Notes under the pieces: model-generated
What the model saw: the letters and a program-made list of their open reading frames with translations, nothing else
What the model was told of the DNA's origin: nothing
The model's database searches: none
Translations under genes and position numbers: made by a program
Assembly (NCBI GenBank): GCA_045596905.1
Contig: JAZODG010000007.1
Span: forward strand, 36,829-100,828
Direction of reading: 5' to 3'
Length of the DNA: 64,000 bases
From: Clostridia bacterium
Lineage (GTDB): Bacteria; Bacillota; Clostridia; Christensenellales; UBA1242
In this document: piece after piece, positions 57,400 to 64,000 of the stretch
Layout of the letters: each line of letters opens with the position of its first letter
How positions within the stretch are numbered: position 1 is the first letter of the stretch

Positions 57400-58020
57400 T
57401 TATAGATTCCTATCAATTAACCAATCAGTGTTTTCTTTTGTCTGTGATTCATAGTGCCCAGAATATAATGTTTTATAATTAAGTGACCTAACCAGCCTTA
57501 AGCTTTCAGCCATTTGGTTGTTGTCACTATCATACAAATCTGTTCTGCCAATGCCATCTGCAAAAACCGTGTCACCAGAAAACAAATAATCTTCAAAGAG
57601 TATGCAAACCGAATCTGCGCTATGCCCAGGAGTGAAAAATACGTCAAAACTAAATTTTCCGATTTTTAATTTATTTGTATAATATTTTATTTTGTTTTTA
57701 TCAATATTTTTTGTAACTTCTATTCTAACAATTGTTGCACAATTTAATGCAGAATTTTCTAGTTTATTTTCATACCCTTTAACAACAAAAACCTCACAGC
57801 CAAATTCTTCAATATATTTTTCAAGATTCCAAATATGGTCAAAGTGCAAATGCGTCATCAAAACTGCCAGAACTTTTTTGTTTCCAACTTCTGCTTTCAC
57901 ATCTTCAAGCTCTGCACCTGCATCAATAATCACTGCTTCATTTTTGTTTGATAAAACATAAGTGTTTTGGTCAAACATATTTCTTAAGAATTTCGATTTT
58001 ATAATAGCTAAATTTTCCAT
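57400..58020 (-). CDS. MBL-fold metallo-hydrolase (glyoxalase II-like)
   Basis: MTHLHFDHIWN, TPGHSADS and GDTVFADGIGRTD. Confidence 0.7.
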   Translation of the reverse strand: MENLAIIKSKFLRNMFDQNTYVLSNKNEAVIIDAGAELEDVKAEVGNKKVLAVLMTHLHFDHIWNLEKYIEEFGCEVFVVKGYENKLENSALNCATIVRIEVTKNIDKNKIKYYTNKLKIGKFSFDVFFTPGHSADSVCILFEDYLFSGDTVFADGIGRTDLYDSDNNQMAESLRLVRSLNYKTLYSGHYESQTKENTDWLIDRNL

Positions 58021-58026
58021 AGTTTG

Positions 58027-58055
58027 ATTATAAAATGTTTCATTATTTTTGTCAA
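58027..58055 (-). promoter_or_regulatory. Consensus sigma-A promoter (TTGACA-17-TATAAT) ending 6 nt upstream of the ATG at 58020
   Basis: Perfect hexamers with a 17-nt spacer, then caaact and ATG. There is no SD. Confidence 0.65.
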
Positions 58056-58087
58056 AAAATTACGCATTAAATTAATTTTCTATTAAA

Positions 58088-58111
58088 TTTATTACGCAAA
58101 AAAATCAGCCT
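58088..58111 (-). terminator. Rho-independent terminator after the ABC operon
   Basis: 7-bp stem atcagcc/ggctgat with a tttc loop and U7 on the minus strand. Confidence 0.8.
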
Positions 58112-58122
58112 TTCGGCTGATT

Positions 58123-58902
58123 TTAATTTCCTGTTGACTTATACTTTGTGAGTGACCACTGAAATATTCCCAAGCAAATCGCAAAAAATACGATTGAAAA
58201 TAGTGGCGATAATGCATAAAAAAGTCCTGCACCTTCAAAGCCCAAAAGGTATTGGAGTGGCAAATAGTTTATGCACGCAAACGGAATAATAAATGTGAAA
58301 ATTCTCTTAAATAAACCTGAATAAATATCAAGTGGATAATAACACAAATCTCTGCCACCGTTGGTGATAATGTTCACGGCTTCAAGCCCTTCAATGGTAA
58401 AGATACTCACACTTGCATAAATCATAAACAGTGCAACAAACATGATTATTGTTCCCAATATTGTGAGTAGCACAACAACCACTTTCATGGCCGACCAAAC
58501 AATATTTGCACTTAGTAATGCATAGATAATAATGCCACCGGAAAAGAACATTCTACCCAGTTTATTCCATTCGGTTTTTGAACCCAAAACCTGCAAGAAA
58601 ATGCTTCTTGGTCTGATGAGTAGTCTATCAAGTTCGCCGGTTTGCACAAGCTTGTCAAACTGGTCAAAACCCCTGAAAAAACACTCTGCAATCGCAAAAC
58701 TAAATGTCACAATTGAATATGTGATAAGCACTTGATTGATGGTGTAGCCACCAACGGTATTGAACTTTTCAAACAAGCACAAAATACCAAAAAATGTTGC
58801 GACGGTGGTCAAGGCTGACGATATCATATTGAACGCAAGTGAACCCCTGTATTCAAACGCAGTTTTCATTTGCAGTGATAAATATTTAAAATACATTCTC
58901 AT
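58123..58902 (-). CDS. ABC-2-type transporter permease (uncharacterised COG3694/COG4587-like family)
   Basis: 259 aa with about 6 TM segments, directly downstream of a paralogous permease and an ATPase. Confidence 0.6.
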   Translation of the reverse strand: MRMYFKYLSLQMKTAFEYRGSLAFNMISSALTTVATFFGILCLFEKFNTVGGYTINQVLITYSIVTFSFAIAECFFRGFDQFDKLVQTGELDRLLIRPRSIFLQVLGSKTEWNKLGRMFFSGGIIIYALLSANIVWSAMKVVVVLLTILGTIIMFVALFMIYASVSIFTIEGLEAVNIITNGGRDLCYYPLDIYSGLFKRIFTFIIPFACINYLPLQYLLGFEGAGLFYALSPLFSIVFFAICLGIFQWSLTKYKSTGN

Positions 58903-58905
58903 ACT

Positions 58906-59706
58906 CTATCCCCCCTGCACAACCATCTTTTTTAGTTTTTTGTTCATTAAGATTTTGCCAAGCACCACAAGGCCAACAAGCCATGCGATTTGAATGCCAA
59001 TCTGAATGAATATTTGACTGCCCGAAATGTTCCCGATATAGATTCTGTAAGGCAAATCGGCAACATATCTAAATGGAAAGAAGTTGAGAACATTCTGCAC
59101 CACTTCAGGCATCATCGGAATAGGTATAACGCCACCAGCAAGAAATGTTGCAACAGCAACAATAAAACTGAATACGCCACCTGGAGAGAGTGTATAAAGC
59201 ACAACAATATATGATATCATATTGATGCTAGTAACTAGAAACGCACCAATCACAAGCGAAATCATAAATAAAATAAACGCTTCAAGCGAAACAGGAAGTG
59301 TAAGTCCCCAGCCAAGTGGCAAGAAGAATAAAATAAACAAAAGTGACACACCCCTGATAATCATTTGTCCAAGTGATTTTGAGAAGATTGTTGCATACCA
59401 ATAATTGTATAGGTTCATAGGTCTGATGAGCTGATAACCAACGTCACCATTCACAATCTTTTCAGAGATTTCAAACTTGCAAACGTCAAAATATTTGAAC
59501 ATTGCATAACAAATCTGCCCCAGCCAAATATAGCTTGCCATTTGCACAATTGTAAAATCTCCACCATCACCAACCAAAAATTGTCTGTAAAGCGCAACAT
59601 ACATAAACCCAAAAAACAGCTGTGTTATTGCGCCAGAAATCGCTGAAGTACGATATTGAAAAGACTTTTTTAAATTCATTTTTAATATTGAATTAAAGGT
59701 TTTCAT
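58906..59706 (-). CDS. ABC-2-type transporter permease (uncharacterised family)
   Basis: 266 aa with about 6 TM segments. The start overlaps the ATPase stop (ATGA). Confidence 0.6.
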   Translation of the reverse strand: MKTFNSILKMNLKKSFQYRTSAISGAITQLFFGFMYVALYRQFLVGDGGDFTIVQMASYIWLGQICYAMFKYFDVCKFEISEKIVNGDVGYQLIRPMNLYNYWYATIFSKSLGQMIIRGVSLLFILFFLPLGWGLTLPVSLEAFILFMISLVIGAFLVTSINMISYIVVLYTLSPGGVFSFIVAVATFLAGGVIPIPMMPEVVQNVLNFFPFRYVADLPYRIYIGNISGSQIFIQIGIQIAWLVGLVVLGKILMNKKLKKMVVQGG

Positions 59707-60683
59707 AACTCATACTCCTTGTATAAGTTATAAATAACTTCTTCAAGCTCAAGCGCAGTTGTTGAGATGTCAACAATCTTATATTTCTTTTCAAGCGCTT
59801 GAACAAGCTTTACATAAGAAAACGTTGTTTCAGGAAGATTTTTAAGTTCAACTTCGGTGCCATTGACTGAAAGCGTTTCATAGCCTGCAATTTCAACATT
59901 GTCATAAACTTCAGCCATTTGCACTTTAACCAGCACACTTTTTGAATATTCTTCCTTAATTTTTTCAAAACTTCCGTCATAGAGCTTTTGACCCTTTCCA
60001 ATCAAAATGATTCTGTTTGTGAGCGCATCAATATCGCTCATGTCATGAGTGGTCAAAATAACAGTTAGCTTTGTTTCTTTGTTCATTTGTTTAATAAACT
60101 CACGAACCTTGAGTTTTGAAATCGAATCAAGACCAATGGTTGGTTCATCTAAAAACAAAATCTTTGGCGAATGCAACAACGCCCCAGCAATTTCACATCT
60201 CATTCTCTGACCCAGTGAAAGCTGTCTTATAGGCAAGTGCAAAAGCCCGTCCAAATCAAGTTTTTCTGAAAGATTTTTTAAATTTTTTTCATATTCTGAA
60301 TTAGGAATCTTATAAATATCCCTTAGCAGCTCATAAGAGTCAATAACAGGCACGTCCCACGCAAGGTTTGACCTTTGCCCAAACACGGCTCCTATTTGCC
60401 TAACATATTTTTTCCTGTCTTTAACTGGGTTGCATCCATTAATAAGACAGTTGCCAGAGGTTGGAGATATAATGCCCGTCATAATCTTGATTGTAGTGCT
60501 CTTTCCTGCACCATTAGGACCAATATATCCAACAATTTCGCCTTCTTTAACTTCAAATGACACGTTTTTAAGAGCTTCAATAGTTTTGTATTTTCTATGG
60601 AACAAACTCAAAAATGCAGCACGAAGTCCCTTTTCCCTACAAAACACCTTGTAGGTTTTTGAAATGTTTTCAAGCTTAATCAT
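59703..60683 (-). CDS. ABC transporter ATP-binding protein (COG4586-like, with a C-terminal extra domain)
   Basis: Walker A GPNGAGKSTT, signature LSLGQRMR and Walker B ILFLDEPTIGLD. An AGGAGG SD is present. Confidence 0.85.
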   Translation of the reverse strand: MIKLENISKTYKVFCREKGLRAAFLSLFHRKYKTIEALKNVSFEVKEGEIVGYIGPNGAGKSTTIKIMTGIISPTSGNCLINGCNPVKDRKKYVRQIGAVFGQRSNLAWDVPVIDSYELLRDIYKIPNSEYEKNLKNLSEKLDLDGLLHLPIRQLSLGQRMRCEIAGALLHSPKILFLDEPTIGLDSISKLKVREFIKQMNKETKLTVILTTHDMSDIDALTNRIILIGKGQKLYDGSFEKIKEEYSKSVLVKVQMAEVYDNVEIAGYETLSVNGTEVELKNLPETTFSYVKLVQALEKKYKIVDISTTALELEEVIYNLYKEYEL

Positions 60684-60750
60684 TTTTCCTCCTAAAAAAT
60701 CTTTAATATTCAGTTGTAAAAAAATTTAACCCCCTTGTCTAAAATTTTGG

Positions 60751-60803
60751 CAAAAAAAATGCACTAAAATATATCAACTAGTTCTGATAATATTTTAATG
60801 CAT
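60751..60803 (-). terminator. Long AT-rich hairpin plus U8 in the leader of the ABC operon (attenuator or tiny sRNA terminator)
   Basis: Minus-strand RNA AUGCAUUAAAAUAU-UAUCAGAACUAGUUGAU-AUAUUUUAGUGCAU forms about 18 bp (14 outer pairs plus 4 inner) and is followed by UUUUUUUU. It lies between a strong promoter and the ATPase SD. Confidence 0.6.
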
Positions 60804-60824
60804 ACGAATTTCACCACTTATATC

Positions 60825-60853
60825 ATAATATCATACAATTTCAATAGTGTCAA
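60825..60853 (-). promoter_or_regulatory. Near-consensus promoter (TTGACA-17-TGaTATTAT) upstream of the leader hairpin
   Basis: Read directly. It lies immediately downstream of the clpB terminator. Confidence 0.6.
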
Positions 60854-60881
60854 TATTATTTTTAAAAAAATTTCAGAACAA

Positions 60882-60902
60882 AAACACCCTTAAAGAGTGT
60901 TT
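60882..60902 (-). terminator. Rho-independent terminator of clpB (stop codon in the loop)
   Basis: Stem aaacaccc/gagtgttt (one G-U on the minus strand) with loop ttaaa containing the TAA stop, followed by a U-rich tract. Confidence 0.65.
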
Positions 60903-63484
60903 TTAATCTCAAAATCTCCGTCTTTTGAATCAACAACAACGGTTGAGTTGGCTTTTATTTGATTTGAAACAATTGCTTTTGCCAAAAGTGTTTCAATTGT
61001 GCTTGAAATGAAACGTTTAAGTGGTCTTGCACCAAACGCAACGTCATAGCCTTGTTCAATGATTGAATCTTTGGCTGCAGCTGAAACTTCAAGTTTGATT
61101 CCCTTTTCTTCAAGTCTGCCCCTAACCTTTTCTAAAAGCAAGTCAACGATATTTCCAATTTGATTTTTTGTGAGTGGATTAAACACAATGATTTCATCAA
61201 GCCTATTCAAAAGCTCTGGTCTGAATGAGCGTTTCAAGATTGAATGAACTTCATTCACGGCTTCTGCCTTGATTGTTCCGTCTTCTCTCACGCCGTCCAA
61301 AATGGCATTTGCACCAAGGTTTGACGTTAAAATGATTATTGTGTTCTTAAAGTCAACGGTTCTGCCTTGGCTGTCGGTTATTCTGCCGTCATCAAGCATT
61401 TGCAAGAGTATATTGAACACGTCTGGGTGGGCTTTTTCAATTTCATCAAACAATACAACTGAATATGGGTGCCTGCGCACGGCTTCAGTGAGTTCGCCAC
61501 CTTCGTCATAACCAACATATCCCGGTGGAGCACCAATAAGTCTTGACACTGAAAACTTTTCCATATATTCACTCATGTCAATTCTCACAATATTCTTTTC
61601 ATTATCAAAGAGTGCTTCAGCAAGCGCCTTTGAAAGCTCAGTTTTACCAACACCGGTTGGACCCAAGAACAAGAATGAACCAACAGGTTTGTTTGGGTCA
61701 CCAATGCCTGCTCTTGACCTTAAAATGGCATCTGCCACCTTTGATACAGCTTCATCTTGACCAATAACCCTTTTATGCAAGATTTCTTCTAATCTAATAA
61801 GTTTATCCTTGTCGCTCTCATTTAGTTTTGCAACAGGAATACCCGTCCAGCGTGACACAATCTTGGAAATTTCTTCTTCAGTAACTTTGTTTCTTAAAAG
61901 ATTATTACCTTTTGTTTTTTCATATTCGCTTTCACACGCTGCAAGTTCGTTTTCAAGATTTGGAAGTGTGCTATACGATAGTTCTGCGGCTTTGTTAAGG
62001 TCATATTCTTTCTTGGCATGTTCAATCTTTGCCTTAACTTCTTCAATTTCGCCTTTAAGTTTATTGATTTGTTCAATAGACTTCTTTTCGTTTTGCCACT
62101 TTGCAGTCATTTGGTCATATTTTTCTTTTTGCTTAGCAAGTTCTGTCTGAATCTTGGCAAGTCTTGATTTTGAAATGTCGTCAGTTTCTTTTTTAAGGCC
62201 TGCTTCTTCAATTTGAAGACCGATAATTTTTCTATTGATTTCGTCCATTTCAGTTGGCATTGAGTCAATCTCTGTTTTAATGTTTGCGCAAGCTTCGTCA
62301 ACAAGGTCAATTGCCTTGTCTGGCAAGAATCTATCAGTTATATATCTATTTGATAACATTGCAGCAGAAACAAGTGCGTTATCGGCAATTTTAACGCCAT
62401 GGAACACTTCATATCTTTCCTTAATACCACGAAGAATCGTGATTGTGTCTTCAACGGTTGGCTCATTAACCATAACCGGTTGAAAACGTCTTTCAAGTGC
62501 TGGGTCTTTTTCAATATACTTTCTATATTCATCAAGAGTTGTTGCACCAATACAATGAAGTTCTCCACGTGCAAGAAGTGGCTTCAAAATGTTTCCAGCA
62601 TCCATTGCACCGTCACTCTTGCCTGCACCAACAATCAAATGAAGTTCATCAATAAACAAAATAATCTTGCCTTCACTCTTCTTCACTTCAGACAAAACAG
62701 CCTTGAGTCTTTCTTCAAACTCACCACGATATTTTGCACCAGCAACAAGACTTCCCATATCAAGTGAAAACACCTCTCTGTTTTTGAGTGAAAGTGGAAC
62801 GTCCCCCTTAAAAATACGAATAGCCAAACCTTCAGCAATCGCTGTTTTACCCACACCGGCTTCACCAATCAAAACTGGGTTGTTTTTGGTTTTTCTTGAC
62901 AATATTCGAATAACGTTTCTAATTTCATCATCTCTTCCAATGATAGGGTCAAGTTTATTCTTTCTTGCCATGTCAGTTAAGTTCTGACCATATTTTTTAA
63001 GCACGTCATATGTTTCTTCTGGATTTTGATTTGACACTCTTTGATTTCCCCTTACATTCATAAGTATTTTTAAAAATGAATCTTTATTTATATTATTGTT
63101 TGCAAAAACGTCAGCAACGTCCCTGTCTGCCTTTGAGATTAATCCCAAAAACAAATGTTCAACAGACACATAATCATCTTTCATGGTCTTTGCTTGTTTT
63201 TCAGCTTCAACAAACACTTGATTAAGAGCTTGTGAACCATAAACGCCACTTTGACCTGAAACCTTCGAAAGCCTTTCAATCTTGTTTTTAGTGTCACTTA
63301 AAAGTTTTTCGTGATTCACACCCATTCCCTTCACAATTTCAGGAATAAGCCCATTCTCTTGACTTAGTAACGCAAAAAGCAAGTGAGTTTGTTCGATTTG
63401 ACTGTTTCCAAGTTCTATTGCATAATTTTGAGCATTTTGAACAGCCGAAATCGACTTTTCAGTAAATTTTTCAAAATTCATAAT
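60890..63484 (-). CDS. clpB: ATP-dependent chaperone ClpB
   Basis: Clp N-domain, two AAA+ modules ([20 protein letters not shown]) and a long coiled-coil middle domain. The start is at MNFEKFTEK after an AAGGAG SD. Confidence 0.95.
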   Translation of the reverse strand: MMNFEKFTEKSISAVQNAQNYAIELGNSQIEQTHLLFALLSQENGLIPEIVKGMGVNHEKLLSDTKNKIERLSKVSGQSGVYGSQALNQVFVEAEKQAKTMKDDYVSVEHLFLGLISKADRDVADVFANNNINKDSFLKILMNVRGNQRVSNQNPEETYDVLKKYGQNLTDMARKNKLDPIIGRDDEIRNVIRILSRKTKNNPVLIGEAGVGKTAIAEGLAIRIFKGDVPLSLKNREVFSLDMGSLVAGAKYRGEFEERLKAVLSEVKKSEGKIILFIDELHLIVGAGKSDGAMDAGNILKPLLARGELHCIGATTLDEYRKYIEKDPALERRFQPVMVNEPTVEDTITILRGIKERYEVFHGVKIADNALVSAAMLSNRYITDRFLPDKAIDLVDEACANIKTEIDSMPTEMDEINRKIIGLQIEEAGLKKETDDISKSRLAKIQTELAKQKEKYDQMTAKWQNEKKSIEQINKLKGEIEEVKAKIEHAKKEYDLNKAAELSYSTLPNLENELAACESEYEKTKGNNLLRNKVTEEEISKIVSRWTGIPVAKLNESDKDKLIRLEEILHKRVIGQDEAVSKVADAILRSRAGIGDPNKPVGSFLFLGPTGVGKTELSKALAEALFDNEKNIVRIDMSEYMEKFSVSRLIGAPPGYVGYDEGGELTEAVRRHPYSVVLFDEIEKAHPDVFNILLQMLDDGRITDSQGRTVDFKNTIIILTSNLGANAILDGVREDGTIKAEAVNEVHSILKRSFRPELLNRLDEIIVFNPLTKNQIGNIVDLLLEKVRGRLEEKGIKLEVSAAAKDSIIEQGYDVAFGARPLKRFISSTIETLLAKAIVSNQIKANSTVVVDSKDGDFEIKNTL

Positions 63485-63536
63485 TATTCTCCTTAACTTG
63501 TTTGTGGCTAGATTAAGTTTAACCACCAACAATCAA

Positions 63537-63565
63537 AATATACCACTTATGTTTAGCACTGTCAA
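63537..63565 (-). promoter_or_regulatory. Promoter of clpB (TTGACA-17-TGgTATATT), with its -35 inside the CIRCE spacer
   Basis: Read directly. Confidence 0.6.
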
Positions 63566-63579
63566 GTGCAGAGTGCTAA
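63553..63579. promoter_or_regulatory. CIRCE operator (HrcA binding site)
   Basis: TTAGCACTG-N9-GAGTGCTAA matches the consensus TTAGCACTC-N9-GAGTGCTAA at 17 of 18 positions. Confidence 0.85.
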
Positions 63580-63600
63580 TTATTTAATATTTTTTGCAAT

Positions 63601-63626
63601 AAAAAAGACTATGATAAATCATAGCC
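63601..63626 (-). terminator. Rho-independent terminator after the partial upstream gene
   Basis: Stem gactatgat/atcatagcc (one G-U on the minus strand) followed by U6. Confidence 0.6.
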
Positions 63627-63637
63627 TTATGTTGTTA

Positions 63638-64000
63638 TTATTCTTTTTCAACGCCTTGGTTTTCAACAGCTTTTGTTTGTTCTTGTCCAAGATAGTTTGC
63701 CAAGATTTCAGAACCTTTTTCTTCAATAAGAACTTGAATCTTGTTGCTAGCTTCAACACCTTGAACGTTTGAAATCATAGCCAAACATTTTTCTTCAGCG
63801 AAAGCCTTAATTTCTTCTGGTTCCAAATCTCCATTATTTTTTGACATATAGCCTTCGTAAGCCTTTTTAACTTCGTCTTTAATAAGTTCAACAAAGCCTT
63901 CAACCTTGCTTCCTGGAATAACATGTTGAATCAAGAAATCTTTTCCTTTAATGCCAGTGCCACCTTCTTTGCCAAAATCGCCAAGTGCTTCATTATATGC
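63638..64000 (-). CDS. 3' end (121 codons) of a gene continuing beyond the window end; product not recognised
   Basis: The minus-strand frame is open from position 64000: AYNEALGDFGKEGGTGIKGKDFLIQHVIPGSKVEGFVELIKDEVKK...VEKE*. The track shows only the part from an internal TTG. Confidence 0.6.
   Translation of the reverse strand, partial: AYNEALGDFGKEGGTGIKGKDFLIQHVIPGSKVEGFVELIKDEVKKAYEGYMSKNNGDLEPEEIKAFAEEKCLAMISNVQGVEASNKIQVLIEEKGSEILANYLGQEQTKAVENQGVEKE

Noticed and set aside
60684-60750. Possible riboswitch in the roughly 70 nt between the U8 tract and the ABC ATPase start
   Set aside because: The segment is short and AT-rich apart from a GGGGG run, and I could not match it to any known riboswitch core. 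It more likely contains a weak second promoter (TTGCCA-18-TTAAAT) and the SD.
1-64000. Alternative genetic code (UGA as Trp), considered because of the low GC content; also CRISPR arrays, tRNA/rRNA genes, IS elements and prophage
   Set aside because: Long ORFs terminate at TGA (prmC, murC, the flippase) and Trp is encoded by TGG, so the standard code fits. I saw no spaced direct-repeat arrays, no cloverleaf-like GC-rich intergenic segments, and no transposase, integrase or phage-like ORFs.

Overview
AT-rich, gene-dense core chromosome from a low-GC Gram-positive (Firmicutes-type) bacterium with a cell wall. The taxon call rests on whiA, spoVG, murB/murC, a T-box leader, a CIRCE operator and Firmicutes-style GGAGG/GGTGA Shine-Dalgarno sites. 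The standard genetic code applies: several genes end in TGA and Trp is TGG. About 50 protein genes are present and nearly all are on the minus strand. The only plus-strand genes are a three-gene block at 23494-26246 and a possible 33-codon ORF at 12604-12705.

Recognisable housekeeping genes are dnaE (5' part), whiA, murB, uvrC, prfA, prmC, rpmE, ileS, murC, spoVG, pyrG, pepF, secG, tpiA, pgk, dusB, pyk, mfd, pth, tadA and clpB. I found no rRNA, tRNA, CRISPR array, transposase, integrase or phage gene, and no recognisable defence or mobile system. This looks like an ordinary core region with several unusual local features rather than an accessory island.

The points most worth a second look are:
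- Near-consensus sigma-A promoters sit 5-8 nt upstream of an ATG with no SD at six or more genes, suggesting frequent leaderless mRNAs.
- A promoter, a long hairpin and a U8 tract lie upstream of an uncharacterised ABC-2 transporter operon. The hairpin begins with an SD-preceded AUG-CAU-UAA mini-ORF.
- A GlmU-like protein in the conserved glmU-pth-mfd position has lost the signature motifs of both GlmU active sites.
- A run of surface/secreted proteins of unknown function includes a small Smr-domain gene translationally coupled to one of them.
- There is an orphan HipA-like kinase and a second kinase-fold protein in a uvrC operon.
- pgk and a PHP phosphoesterase carry long charged tails.
- A lipoprotein carries a parvulin domain split by a roughly 170-200 aa insertion.
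- A 54-nt terminator module is duplicated on both sides of murC.

All coordinates and spacer counts were derived by hand from the printed sequence.
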